From NCBI RefSeq assembly GCF_006345805.1, contig NC_043010.1, forward strand, positions 7,006,001 through 7,070,000: 64,000 nucleotides of DNA, written 5' to 3'. Position 1 is the stretch's first letter; the number at the start of each line of letters is the position of its first letter. This document shows, one piece after another, positions 36,257 to 49,605 of this stretch. This DNA comes from Octopus sinensis. Its lineage: Eukaryota. The notes under the pieces were generated by a model. The model made no database searches. It was not told the DNA's origin and saw only the letters and a program-made list of their open reading frames with translations. The position numbers were made by a program, and so were the translations under genes.

Positions 36257-36621
36257 ACTCTTTACTCTTTACTCTTTTACTTGTTTCAGTCATTTGACTG
36301 CGGCCATGCTGGAGCACCGCCTTTAGTCGAGCAAATCGACTCCGAGACTTATTCTTTGTAAGCCCAGTACTTATTCTATCGGTTGTCAAGCAATGCTAGG
36401 GGGACAAACATAGACACACAAACACACACACACATACATATATATATATACACATATATACGACAGGCTTCTTTCAGTTTCCGTCTACCAAATCCACTCA
36501 CAAGGCATTGGTCGGCCTGGGGCTATAGCAGAAGACACCCGCCCAAGATGCCACGCAGTGGGACTGAACCCGCAACCATGTGGTTGGTTAGCAAGCTACT
36601 TACTACACAGCCACTCCTGCA
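36257..36621 (-). mobile_element. SINE family A with a 51-bp internal deletion
   Basis: The two ATCGGT motifs of full copies are collapsed into one at 36378-36383. Confidence 0.9.
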
Positions 36622-36834
36622 TCTATTATTTTTTATTTCTTGAAATTATCTCCCCTTTTCTTTAGCAGTCTATAATAGTTCTCACTAGGGCTTTCTTTTC
36701 TTCCACCAAGTAAGTAAGATATTTAAATTATTTAAGATTTTTTTCCATTCAGCATTTAGGAAAGCATCACTGAACTTCAGTTTGACCCAAGTCATAATTT
36801 CATTTCAGTTATTTCCCTTGGCTAGTTTTATGTC

Positions 36835-37234
36835 ATACTAGCAGTATCGCCCGGCGTTGCTCGGGTTTGTAAGGGAAATAACTATATAAGCATTTTTAGA
36901 GATGTAAAGTATAATAGCCATCTCAATATGGCTCACCACAAAGGTGGGGTGTTACTGTAGCTTTTTACGTTCTGAAATTTAATAATAAATTTTTAGAGAG
37001 TTACTTCCCTTATATATGCCAAAAATGCATTAAAAATGGGGAAAATTGATGGTAAATTTTTTTTTAAATCGTAGACTCATCGTAGACGCGCACTAATACC
37101 CAGAAGGGCTCGATATGAATCACGACTATAAGATACCCGGTTTTGGTTAAACTGCACCGCAAAATGTGGGAGTAGTTAGGAATCTAAATCGTAGGAGACA
37201 GACAGCACACAACCTCTCTTTTATATATAAAGAT
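36835..37234 (-). mobile_element. Helentron-type non-autonomous element, copy 2
   Basis: Reverse complement of 14203-14590 at both ends, including hairpin ACCCGAGCAACGCCGGGC and CTAGTAT. Confidence 0.8.
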
Positions 37235-37672
37235 TTTTGTAGCTTTGTAAAAAGATGAGTACTTCTTCAGAAGTCAGAATGTACTAAGTGGTATTTATAG
37301 TGATGAATATGTATGATAAGAGTGAAACAAGCAATTACCTTCAAAGCTTAAGAATCAGTATTCTGAAGGCTGCTTATTGCTAATTTTCAACTTTATCTTT
37401 TACTTGTTTCAGTCATTGGACCGAGGCCATACTGGTACACCACCTTGAAGGGTTTAGGTGAACAAATCAGTTCCGGTATATATTTTAATGTTGGTACTTA
37501 TGTCAGCTTCTTTTCCTGAACCACTAAGTTACAGGGACATAAACAAAACAACACCAGTTATCAAGCAGTGGTGGGAAACGAACACATACACACACACAAT
37601 ACAAACCTGCATACAAGTATACACACACATATATGCACACACCTACACACACACACACACACACATATATAT

Positions 37673-37899
37673 GTGAGCTGGCAGAAACGTTAGCACGCCG
37701 GGCGAAATGCGTAGCCGTATTTCGTCTGGCGTTACGTTCTGAGTTCAAATTCCGCCGAGGTCGACTTTGCCTTTCATCCTTTCGGGGTCGATAAATAAAG
37801 TACCAGTTACGCACTGGGGTCAATGTAATCGACTTAAGCTCTTTGTCTGTCCTTGTTTGTCCCCTCTATGTTTAGCCCTTTGTGGGCAGTAAAGAAATA
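37673..37899 (+). mobile_element. SINE family B
   Basis: Match to 950-1179. Confidence 0.9.
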
Positions 37900-38504
37900 T
37901 ATATATATATATATATACTATGGGTCTCCACCCAGTTTTTCAGGCCTGGGGCAATAGTAGAAGACACTTGTCCAAAGTGCTGTACTGTGGAACTATATCT
38001 GAAACCACATAGCTGCAAAGAACTTCTCAATCACACTGCCATGCCTGTGATTACTGATTTCAGATTTTGGCACAAGGCCAGAAATTCTGGGAGAGGGGGT
38101 AAGTCAATTACATTGACCCAGTGCTTAACATGTACTTATTCTATCGACCCCCCAAAAAAGGATGAAAGGCAAAGTTGACCTCAGCAGAATTTTAACTCAG
38201 AAATTACAGATGGATGAAATGTCGCTAAATATTTTACCTGGCATGCTAATGATCTGACCAGTTAATCACGTTAGTCATGCTTGTAATTATTAGAGTCAAA
38301 TGTTTATTATGATGTTTATTATATTTGCTTCTCCCACAAATATATGAGGAAAACTATTACTTAAATTTTGCAGGTGTACTTGCTAAGCACATGATTTCAT
38401 CTGAGAAAGTGTGTTGAAGTTTAAATGATTACAGCAAAGAAGTCTGATTGTAGCCAGTGAAAAACACACAAAATCTGTCAACATTACTTAAAACTTATTG
38501 TGTC

Positions 38505-38835
38505 AAAATTCGTGCTAGTAGGGTGCCAAGATCACCATCCGAGCGTGATCGTTGCCAGAGCAGGCAACTGGCTCCGTGCTGGTGGCACGTAAAAGGGCAC
38601 CATTCAAGCGTGATTGTTACCAACATCGCCTTACTGGCACCTGTGCCGGTGGCATGTGTAAAAGCATTCACTACACTCTCGGAGCAGTTGGCATTAGGAA
38701 GGGCATCCAGCTGTAGAAACTCTGCCAGATCAAGACTGGATCCTGGTGCAGCCATCTGGTTCACCGGCCCTCAGTCAAAATCGTCCAACCCATGCTAGCA
38801 TGGAAAGCGGACGTTAAACGATGATGATGATGATG
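38505..38835 (+). mobile_element. SINE family D, long copy with internal subrepeats
   Basis: Repeated GGTGGCA(C/T)GT-AAAAG and GAGCGTGAT(C/T)GTT blocks, GGAAGGGCATCCAGCTG, (GAT)n tail. Confidence 0.8.
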
Positions 38836-39084
38836 AACTGTGACCTGGTTACTGACATGATTTCACTTTGGTGACCAGATCATAGTACATGCAAGAAAAT
38901 TTTGACTGCTGATAATAAGATTTAAGCAAAGTTAACGGTCAGTGTATTTTTGAATGCCTAGCAGGAGTCTCCCAAGCTGCAATAATTTAAATGCAATAAC
39001 ATTGTCCTACCCATAACTTTTGTGTCTAAATGACGAGTTGCATGTGAAAAAAAAGTTGGATATCCAACTGGAATTCAGTTGTTT

Positions 39085-39440
39085 ATCTTTTATCTTTTAC
39101 TTATTTCAGTCATTGGACTATAACCATGCTGGAGCACCAATTTGAACGGTTTAGTTGAACAAATCAATCCCAGCACACTTAAAAAAAAAAAATTAGTTCT
39201 TATTTTATCAATCATTTTGCTGAACTGCTTAGGGGATATAAACAAACCAACAACAGTTGTCAAGAAATTGAGGGTAAAACACAAACTCACACACATACAC
39301 ACACACATATGTTTCCATCTACCAAAATCACTCACAAGGCCTTGGTTGGCCTGAGGCTGTTGTAGATGACAATCACCCAAGATGCCTCACAGTGAAACTG
39401 AAACCACAACCATGTGGTTGGGAAGCAAACTTCTTACCAC
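39085..39440 (-). mobile_element. Older diverged SINE A
   Basis: Degenerate head and tail blocks of family A. Confidence 0.65.
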
Positions 39441-39984
39441 ATTGCCAAGCTTAGTGAATTAATGTGTAAGTGGCTGAGTATTCCGTTCACAGACATATGC
39501 ATTCTTAATATTATTCTTAAGCAGAATCAGCACTGCATAGTGTGCAATAAAACAATACCCTATCTAATTACAGGTACAACCTTCTATGGGATTCTATACA
39601 GTTTCCACCTGCCTGGTTTTGTTCACAAAGTATGGTTTTAATAATGGTTACAGAAAATTATATTTGCTCAAATTTTCATAGCAATGGGATTGCACCAAAG
39701 ACCTCATGGTTTTGAGGGGAATTTTTTAACCATTCCGCCATACTGCATCTACATTTGAAGAGAGAACATTCTAAAAGAAACTGAGAATGGAAAGAAAGAG
39801 TATGATTAAGAAGCTCACTTTCCAACCACATGGTTTTGTGTTCAATCCCACTGCATGGTACCAATGGCAAGTATCTTCTTCTATAACACTAGGCTGACCA
39901 ATGCCTTGCAAGTGAATCTGGTAGATGGAAACTGTGTGGAAGCATGTCATATCATCATCATCATAATCATCATAATCATCATTG

Positions 39985-40034
<50 letters not shown>

Positions 40035-40147
40035 GTGATATAACGTCCGTTATCCATGCTGGCATGGATTGGATGGTTTGACCAGAGCTGTGTAATGGTG
40101 AATAGATAATACCAAAGAATCTTTCCAGATTCCTATTTTGATATATT

Positions 40148-40558
40148 ACTCTCTTTTTACTCTTTTACTTGTTTCAGTCATTTGACTGTGGCCATGCTGG
40201 AGCACTGCCTTTAGTTGAGCAAATTGACCCCGGGACTTATTCTTTGTAAGCTCAGTACTTATTCTATCGGTCTCTTTTGCCGAACCGCTAAGTGACGGGG
40301 ACATAAACACACCAGCATCGGTTGTCAAGCAATGCTAGGGGGACAAACACAGACACACAAACACACACACACACACATATATATATACATATATACGACA
40401 GGCTTCTTTCAGTTTCCGTCTACCAAATCCACTCACAAGGCATTGGTCGGCCCGGGGCTATAGCAGAAGACACTTGCCCAAGATGCCACGCAGTGGGACT
40501 GAACCCGGAACCATGTGGCTGGTTAGCAAGCTACTTACCACACAGCCACTCCTGCGCC
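40148..40558 (-). mobile_element. SINE family A
   Basis: Reverse-complement match to family A. Confidence 0.92.
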
Positions 40559-41994
40559 TATATATGATTATTTTGCAAATAAAATTGTAATACTGGAATA
40601 AAGATATGTGCTTCAAGATGTGCTTGGATTTTAAACCTACCTACATAACACACACACACACACCTTGTTCTGTCTAATCCACTGAAAAGTGCAGAGTTGT
40701 TATTTTTGGTTAGGTAACACGTTCATTGACAGCACTCATAAAAAAAATGTTTTCCATTGAAGATTGACTTGGATTGAAAAAAAAAAGAAAAAAAATACCA
40801 CCGTGCTTCAAGAGCAGAGTTTACAAGGGTTTTTGACACAGAGTAAGTGCACTGTGAGATATTGTCATGCTGACTGGCCTCACCATGCCATAAGGTAAGG
40901 AAGGAAACACATTGGAATGATGACAATGTAGGCGGTGATAATAGTGATGGTATTGTTGATAATGATAAGAAAGAGGAAGTAGGAAGTAGAATCCAGAATA
41001 TTTAGTTAGTAATCTCATACTATGCTGTGATACTTCTCTTTCAGCCAGCCATTACACATGTCTATTAAGAAAGAAATATGTGTCAACTCGTTCAGCTGAT
41101 TGAAAAGAAGGAGAGACGATGTGTTAAAATATTTCACTGATACTGCATAGAATTCAGCACTGCAAGGTACTGAATGCTTCCCCTTCCTTCTTGTGATAGA
41201 TAGTATAGTAAGTATGAGTAGCGAGGAAGCAAGAGTAAGAGAGGAGAGCAAGGGGAGAAGGGGAGAAAGGAGAGCAGGTGAGAAAGGAGAGGAGGGGGAG
41301 ATAGAAAGAATGAGAAAACAGAAGAGAATAAAAATAGCTGGAAATTGATGAGTAGTTTGGTGATTTACAGAGCCAACATTGAATCCTTCTCACATGAGTT
41401 AATTGAATGAAAATCAGCAAAACAAAATGCCATTTCCTCACATGAGATATGAAAGTTATAGTTACATTAAAGTTCAAGAATAATAAAAAAAAAATTTAAA
41501 AAAAAAAAAAAAATATATAAAATATTTTCTGAGACTGAATTTATACAATTATGACAAAAGATACAAAAGAGAATGAATGAATGTAATTCAGTGAAACAAA
41601 CTGCTATTTTCTTAAATGCAATAAGAAAGTTACATTAAAAGTTATGGCTTACGAAAAATTCAAAGAATTTCCTTTGTCTAAATTTATAGAATTATAGAAA
41701 AGAAAATCCTATTTTAGCTTTAAGTGTGACAATATTTCATCTAAATCAAGTGTAGGAAATTCTTCAGGGAATAGAAATGTGTCTAATCAAAGTAAATGGA
41801 TAAAATCTTTGAATCACATTGGCTAAATCACAGATCTTATGGATTATGACTAAATCTGGAATGTAGTCCACATATTTATGTCGTGTTCTTCGCAAATCTG
41901 AACCCATATGCATATATCTGATCTTTATCTTACATTTTAGATTACTGCAAAGGTCTGTAATATGTATCCCTTAGATGCCTACGATAATATTCTT

Positions 41995-42880
41995 TTGTTC
42001 TTTTTACTGGTTTCGGTCATTGAACTGGGGCCATGCAGGAGCATGGTGATCAAGGATTTGGTTAATCACAGTGACCCCCAGAACGAGTTTCAATCTTGTA
42101 CTTATTTTATCGGCTTATATTTACCAAATGGCTGAGTTACGCTTCTCTGCACAACACTGATTTTAGACATAAACACACACACACATGTGCATGAATATGC
42201 ACCCACCCACCACCACCACATACACGCATACCTATATCTATATATCTATCTATACACACACACACACATTTGTATACATACATACATGCATGCATGCATG
42301 CATACATATATACATACATACATACATGCATACATACATACATACATATATGCATACATACATACATACATACATACATGCATACATACATGCATACATG
42401 CATGCATGCATACATACATACATGCATACATGCATACATACATGCATACATAAATACATACATACATACATGCATACATACATACATACATACATACATA
42501 CATACATACATACATGCATACATACATGCATACATGCATGCATGCATGCATACATACTAACATACATGCATACATGCATACATACATACATACATACATA
42601 CATACATGCATACATACATACATACATACATACATACATACTAACATACATGCATACATGCATGCATACATACATACATACATACATACATACATACATA
42701 CATACATACATACATACATACATACATACATACATGCATGCATGCATATAAACAAATACCACTCTTAATGCATTGGTCAACCTGAAGCTACAGTAGAAAA
42801 CATTTGTTCTAGCCACTGTGCAGTGGGGATTGAATCCAGAACCATGTGATTACAAAAAGAAAACTCCTTAACCACGATGC
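41995..42880 (-). mobile_element. Old SINE A with its central microsatellite expanded to a ~510-bp (CATA/CATG)n
   Basis: SINE halves at 41995-42180 and 42755-42880 flank the array at 42236-42748. Confidence 0.7.
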
Positions 42881-42989
42881 CAGTGACCAAGAATGGTAAT
42901 AAGCATCTTATAGATGGATGGCATTCAGATGACTTTAGAATGTTTTTGAGAAGCAATGACTGAGAAAGCAAATGACTATTGGTATAGAC

Positions 42990-43208
42990 CAGTGCTTTTC
43001 AAACTTTTTGCTGGAGCGGAACCCCAAGGAAACATTCCACTGGCTCGAGGAACCCCTGTGCAATAATTTAATAGTCTTTTGCACACATATCTGCACAGGA
43101 GAATTAAAAATTACTGCCAATTTTAGCAGTTTTGTAACTTCTTGCAGAACCCCTAGACTGTACTGGCAGAACCCTAAGGTTCTGCGGAACCCTGGTTAAA
43201 AACCACTG
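42990..43208. mobile_element. hAT (Charlie-like) MITE
   Basis: TIRs CAGTGCTTTTCAAAC and CAGTGGTTTTTAACC; perfect 8-bp TSD GTATAGAC at 42982-89 and 43209-16. Confidence 0.92.
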
Positions 43209-43222
43209 GTATAGACAGTCAT

Positions 43223-43641
43223 AAGGTGGCGAGCTGGCAGAAACGTTAGCACGCCGGGCGAAATGCTTTGCGGTATTTCGTCTGCTGCTACATTCTGAGT
43301 TCAAATTCTGCCGAGGTCGACTTTGCCTTTCATCCTTTCGGGGTCGATAAATTAAGTACCAGTGAAACACTGGGGTCGATGTAATCGACTTAATACCTAT
43401 GTCTGTCCTTGTCTGTCCCCTCTATGTTTAGCCCCTTGTGGGTAATAAAGAAATAGGTATTTCGTCGGCTGCTACATTCTGAGTTCAAATTCCGCCGAGG
43501 CTGACTTTGTCTTTCATCATTTCGGTGTCGATTAAATAAGTACCAGTTACAGACTGGGGTCGATATAATCGACTTAATCTGTTTGTCTGTCCTTGTTTGT
43601 CCTCTCTGTTTTTAGACCCTTGTTGGTAGTAAAGAAATAGG
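43223..43641 (+). mobile_element. SINE family B plus a tandem 5'-truncated second unit
   Basis: The second unit restarts at GGTATTTCGTC (43456). Confidence 0.88.
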
Positions 43642-44029
43642 TATAGATAGTCATTCATTAAAGTCAGTATTTGTTGTTGTCTGAACATTGCATTTTTATT
43701 AAGAAACAGTGTATCATCTATCTTTTAATTTTTGCTTGTTTCAGTCTTTGGGCTGTGGTCATGCTGGAGCACTGCTTTGAATGGTTTAAATCAGTGTTTA
43801 TTAACCATTTATTAGCTGTGGACCCCATTCATTTCATTTTTACTTGGATGGACTCTCATAACCCTTTTGATGTTTTTAAAAAATCATATCATATTTTTAA
43901 AATTAAATATTATTAGGAATTGTAAAAAAAATGTTAAAATATTTTGTGAATTGTAGAAATATAACAAATTTATTGCAGATAAATTTCAACAACAAATTTT
44001 TAAGTGGACCCTCCCCCGACCAAGGACCA

Positions 44030-44400
44030 TAGCTTAGATGAACAAATCAACCCAAGTACATAACTTTTACTGGTACTCATGCTAGGTTTCTTTTGCAGGA
44101 CTGTTAAGTTACAGGAGTGTAAACAAACCAACACCAGTTGTCAAGTGGTGGTGGGAGACAAACATAACACAAACTCAAAACCACACACATAGATACATAC
44201 ATACATACATAAATACATACATACATACATGCATACACACACGATGGGCTCCTTTCAGTTTCCACCAACCAGTTCCACTAACAAGGCATTTGTCAACCTA
44301 GGGCAAGAGTAGAGGACACTTACCCAAGCTACAACACAGTGAGATTGAACTGGGAACCATGCGGTTGGGAAGCAAGCTTCTTTCAACACAGCCACATATA
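44030..44400 (-). mobile_element. Older diverged SINE A
   Basis: Degenerate family A blocks around (CATA)n. Confidence 0.6.
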
Positions 44401-44784
44401 CATTTTTTAAAAGATGAAGCATAGATTGACAATACTTTAGTTGCTATTTCTAACTAATTGAATGACCACACTGACCCTCATTTGGCTTGTGATGTCAGCA
44501 GTATGACCAGAGCTTCTTAAGTAAGCAAACACAACTGTTATGAGCCAACAATCAACCACCAATATAGCTGACAGATCCCACTCAGGTTACATTCTATTAT
44601 GATATCTTAAAACAAAGCAAGCACATGACCTATTGGATAGTATATTTCTAGATCCACTGTCTCTGAATAAAAGGCAGAATTGTCATCAGTAGGACATCTT
44701 TATTTATCGTTTATTTATTTGACCAAATCTGACAACAATAACAAAATCAACAACAACAACAACAACAACAACAACATAAAACTG

Positions 44785-45120
44785 TCTTTTAACTTGTTTC
44801 ACTCATTTGACTGTGGCCATACTGGGGCACCACCCTGAAGGGTTTTAGTCAAACAAATTAACCCCAGGACTTATTTTTTCTAACCTCGTACTTATTCTAT
44901 TTGTCTTCTATACTGAACCACTATGGGGATGTAAACATGGCAACACTGTTTGTTGAGTGATGGTGGGGAACAAACACTTACACAAAGACACACACACACA
45001 CATAGATTCATACACACACACACACACACACATATAGATACAACAGGTTTCTTCCAGTTTCCATCAACCAAATCCGTTCTAAGGCCTTGGTTGGCCTGAG
45101 GCTATAGTAGAAGACACTAA
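44785..45120 (-). mobile_element. Older diverged SINE A
   Basis: Degenerate family A blocks. Confidence 0.6.
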
Positions 45121-45698
45121 GACAATGAGCTGTCTTTACGTTCTGAGTTCAAATTCCGCTGAGGTCAACTTTGCCTTCATCCTTTTGGTGGGGGTGGATA
45201 AATTAAGTACCAGTTGCATACTGGGGTCGATCTAATCGACTGCCCCCTCTCCCCCAAAATTTCAGTCCTTGTGCCTAGAATAGAAAAGAATATAGCAGAA
45301 GACACTTGCCTAAGGTACCACACGGTAGGACTGAACCCAGAACTATGTGGTTGGAAAGCAAGCTTCTTACCACACAGTCCAGTCACACCTGTACTTATGC
45401 TGAGATGTATTACAAACAGGTTTTGCTAGCTTAAACAATCAGAGGAAAGGAAACCCAGAAAATAATTCAAGAGCCAATGGACTTATTTAAAATAACTGTG
45501 ATTTATCTGGGTCCTCTGTGTATCTTATGCGTCAATGCCTGGAAATTTTCACTCCAAAATACAAACAAAATTGAGCAAAGTTGATTTTGTATGGAAGACC
45601 AGCAGTTATCCATGCATGCAAGTCTCCTTATTCTCCTGTAACATCATTAAGTGGCCCCTGCTTAGAGCAAAGCATCTCTACTGTTTATTTTTACCTAT

Positions 45699-46078
45699 GG
45701 GAAGCACTCCGTTGGTTACGACGACGAGGGTTCCGGTTGATCCGAATTAACAGAACAGCCTGCTTGTGAAATTAACGTGTAAGTGGCTGAGCACTCCACA
45801 GACACGTGCACCCTTAACGTAGTTCTCGGGGATATTCAGCGTGACACAGAGAGTGACAAGGCCGGCCCTTTGAAATACAGGTACAACAGAAACAGGAAGA
45901 GTGAGAGAAAGTTGTGGTGAAAGAGTACAGCAGGGATCACCACCATCCCTGCCGGAGCCTCGTGGAGCTTTAAGTGTTTTCGCTCAATAAACACTCACAA
46001 CGCCCGGTCTGGGAATCGAAACCGCGATCCTATGACCGCGAGTCTGCTGCCCTAACCACTGGGCCATTGTGCCTCCAC
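45699..46078 (-). mobile_element. SINE family C, tail type 1
   Basis: Perfect 12-bp TSD ATTTTTACCTAT at 45687-98 and 46079-90. Confidence 0.95.
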
Positions 46079-46832
46079 ATTTTTACCTATAATGAGTCCT
46101 GGAATCGTAACGCTTCTACTTATCCAATGAGCAATTCCATATGACATTTTTAAAGAATTTATATTCTGAGATTATTACCAGAATGGTAATTCAAATTACT
46201 CTGCCATATGTAAAGCTTATCTATTCATATTGCTTTGAATCAATCATGTGATGTGTCATAGCTATTAAATTTGGGTGATGTTATTGTCTATTTTTAGAAT
46301 GGCATTGTAGGGTAGATGTGAGAGGTTAGATGAGGCCAATTTAAACATGAAACAGGAAACATATTTTGGCTGGATATGGCCGGTTTAAATGCTAAAGCGT
46401 TAATTTATTTTGTAATGCTGATACACTATATATTGATGTGCATTTTCTCAAATCATCTCCATGAGTTGCATTTTTGGCACACACACATTCACACATACAA
46501 TCCTCTACTGTTCATTGTTTAATTTCTAATCAACCTTGAATGATAGGCTTATAATCAAAGACATTCCAGCCATAACTATCACATTGGTTTTTCAGTTTCA
46601 AGAATCATTATTTTTTTTTTTTTTTTTTTGTATTTTAACAATTTTGTTTCAAACAAGGCTTGTGACCACTGTAGCATAAGGGACTGCAAGAAGTGGGAAG
46701 AAGGGATCTATAGATTTGAGAGATGTCAATTGACAGAAAGCTTAAAGGACTGAATAGTTGTGGATCAGAGAACAAGACAATGATGGTGCATGCCAGGGAG
46801 CAGTAGTTCAAGGAAAGCGGCTATTATTAGAA

Positions 46833-47231
46833 CAGGGTTCTCAACCATGGTCCACGTGACCCTTGGTGTTCCGTATAAGATTTGTTGTTAAAATTTATTT
46901 GCATTTAATTAGTTATACTTCTACAGTATACAAAATATTTTAACAATTTTTTTCTTACAATTCCTGATAATATATGATTAGGAAAATATAATAGGGCTTT
47001 TTAAACTTTGAATGGCTAGGAGAGTCTACAGTCATGGCCGAAAGTTTGGGACATTTTAAAAATTAACATTGTTTGGCTCAAGTACAATTCTCTTCAAATA
47101 TATACATCTATATTTGGGCATCTAATATAAAAATTCAAATTTCAGAGTTATGTTCCAAACTTTTGGCCAAGACTGTACTTGTGTAAAATAGGAATCAAAG
47201 AAGTCCATAAGTAGAAAATGGTTGAGAAACA
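46833..47231. mobile_element. Old hAT-like MITE hosting a Tc1-like MITE
   Basis: Degenerate CAG(G)GTTCTCAACC and GGTTGAGAAAC ends. Confidence 0.5.
47029..47175. mobile_element. Tc1-like MITE, 147 bp
   Basis: TIRs CAGTCATGGCCGAAAGTTTGGGACA and CAGTCTTGGCCAAAAGTTTGGAACA; TA on both sides. Confidence 0.88.
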
Positions 47232-47403
47232 ATATATCAGAGTAAAGTGGATTATGACTAACAGGAAGCTCACCAGAGTAACAATGTGCCTAAGTAAGAG
47301 AAGTGGGTAATGCATTAATTGATCTTGAGAGAGGAAACTAGACCAGAAACCTCATCAGAGCAATGACCTCTGTATCTCTGTATCTTTGTTCTGTACCTTT
47401 TAA

Positions 47404-47617
47404 CCCTTTAGTGTTCGCACTATTCTGCCAAAATTAATCCTTTTTCATCCACATTGCCTTGAACTAATCAGGCATTATCTTGTAGCTTTGAGATTTTGAT
47501 GAGGTAGATTTTAAAACGATATTGTAGGGTTGGTGTGAGAGACCAGATCTGGCCATTTTGAACATAAAACAGGCAGAATACTTTTGGCCGGATATGGCCG
47601 GTTTAAATGCTAAAGGG
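47404..47617. mobile_element. piggyBac-like MITE
   Basis: TTAA-CCCTTTAG ... CTAAAGGG-TTAA; related fragments near 46200-46402 and 22560-22630. Confidence 0.85.
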
Positions 47618-48114
47618 TTAAAGACTTTGGGATATGGTTTGAGAGAGATTGGCTACTATTTCTAGTAGGACATGCAACTACATGGAGGCTCACTCAGTCA
47701 CTTATCTTTTTATTGGTTTCAGTTACTGTATAGGGATCATGCTGGATCATTGTCTTCAGTGGTGTAGTCAAATATATCAGCTTTAGTACTTATAAATAGA
47801 TAGTATTTCATCAACATGGCGGATGAAAAATAAAATCAACTCGGAAAAAACTTTGACTACAGAACATAATGGGACCTAATCAAATAGCAATGCGTTTCTT
47901 CTTTTGCTTTTTGTCTAATACTCTACTAATTTCTGGTAGAACATCAAGCAAATGTCCTATGGATCTGTGGAAGAGTGGAATAAAAGATAACCATATTGAA
48001 TCCTTTGTATTTTGATAAAGCTCTGTAAGGTGGTCTTGATCCTAGAAAGTATTTTTATGTCACTGTATGGCATTTAAAGAAGAGTAAAGGAAACTTTGAC
48101 CAAAGTGGAGAACA

Positions 48115-48600
48115 TAGGCACAAGTATGGCCTTGTGGGTTAAGAAGCTTGCTTTGCCATCGTGTGGTTTTGGGTTCAGTTCTACTGCATGGCACCTTGAG
48201 TAAGCAACTTCTACTAATAGCCCCAGGCTGGCCAATGTGTGAATGAATTCAACAGATGAAAACTGTCTGGAAACCTATTGCATGTGTGTGCATGCATGCA
48301 TGCATGTGTGTGCATGCATGGATGTGTGTGTGTGTGTGTGTGTGTATGTGTGTGTGTGTATGTGTGTGTGTGCATGCCTTTTTTGGGGCTTGTCCCCTAA
48401 CACTGCTTGACTTCCAGTGTTAGTTTGATTACATCCCCATAACTTAGCAGTTCAGCAAAAGAATCTGACAGAATATGTACCAGACTTTCAAAAAACATAA
48501 GTGCTAGGATCGATTTGTTTGGCTAAACCTTTCAAGGCAGTGTCCCAGCATGGCCACAGTACAATGACTGAAACAATTAATAGAAAAATAGATAAAAAAA
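48115..48600 (+). mobile_element. Older diverged SINE A
   Basis: Head, (TG)n/(CATG)n centre and tail are recognisable. Confidence 0.65.
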
Positions 48601-48831
48601 AGTACATATTGATACAATGTGCAAGGTTGATAATAATCTCTATACTTGTCATGGTTTAGGTACATCTATAGCACAGCTGTAGTATTTATCAATGTAACAT
48701 TATATTGGAAAAATATCTATAAAATAGATCTATGCCATCAAATGATTCTTAATACAGACTTGTACCTAACAAACTTTCATCTATCAAATTATGTTGCGCA
48801 TAAACTGACTGGGTGGTTAAGAATTTCTCTT

Positions 48832-49139
48832 GTGGAGGCACATGGCCAAGTGGTTAGAGTAGCAGACTCATGGTCGAGGGATCGCGGGTTCGAATCTCAA
48901 ACCGGGCGATGTGTGTGTTTATGAGCGAAACACCTAAGCTCCACACAGCTCCGGCAGAAGGTAATGGAGAAACTTCTGCTGATTCTTTCGCTACAACTTT
49001 CTCTCGCTCTTTCCTCCTGCATCTTGCAGCTCACCTGCAATGGACCGGCGTCTTGTCCAGGTGGGGAACCTATACACCATTGAAACTGGGAAACCGGCCC
49101 TTATGAGCCAGGCATGGCTCGAGAAGGAACAAACAACAA
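48832..49139 (+). mobile_element. SINE family C, tail type 3
   Basis: Same head and body as family C, then GCAATGGACCGGCGTCTTGTCCAGG...GAAACCGG; 10-bp TSD AATTTCTCTT at 48822-31 and 49140-49. Confidence 0.9.
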
Positions 49140-49470
49140 AATTTCTCTTCCTACCAGAAAGACTTTTGAATTCACAACTCTGCTGTACAGAACCTTGAGC
49201 AAATGTCTTATGGGAGCCTTGTAAGTGAAATTTAGAAGACAGGAAAATGTACAGAAGCCTGTTGGAAGAAAGACAAAAGCATTTCCTATTTTTGCATGGT
49301 GGACCCTACACCGGCTACTTGGTTTAGCACCAACACCTGGCCCTTGGAACATTTAGCAAACATTCAGGCCAAGTCTCTGACCTTAGGATACCTTCCACCT
49401 TTCCTCCCACCGATTTTCAGGATCCTGAAAAGGGTCAGGGGTGCTACTCTTCCTCCCTTATGTCAAGCAG

Positions 49471-49471
49471 A

Positions 49472-49515
<44 letters not shown>

Positions 49516-49566
49516 TACTATTATTATTATATTATTATTATTATTATTATTATTACTACTATTATT

Positions 49567-49604
<38 letters not shown>

Positions 49605-49605
49605 T
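49471..49605. repeat. (ATT)n switching to (AAT)n
   Basis: Seen directly; the right half runs into an old SINE B-like element (49610-49770). Confidence 0.9.

Noticed and set aside
49414-49431. Perfect 18-bp palindrome TTTTCAGGATCCTGAAAA
   Set aside because: Isolated; possibly a stem-loop in a retroelement 3' end before (ATT)n, but there is no second copy here to test.
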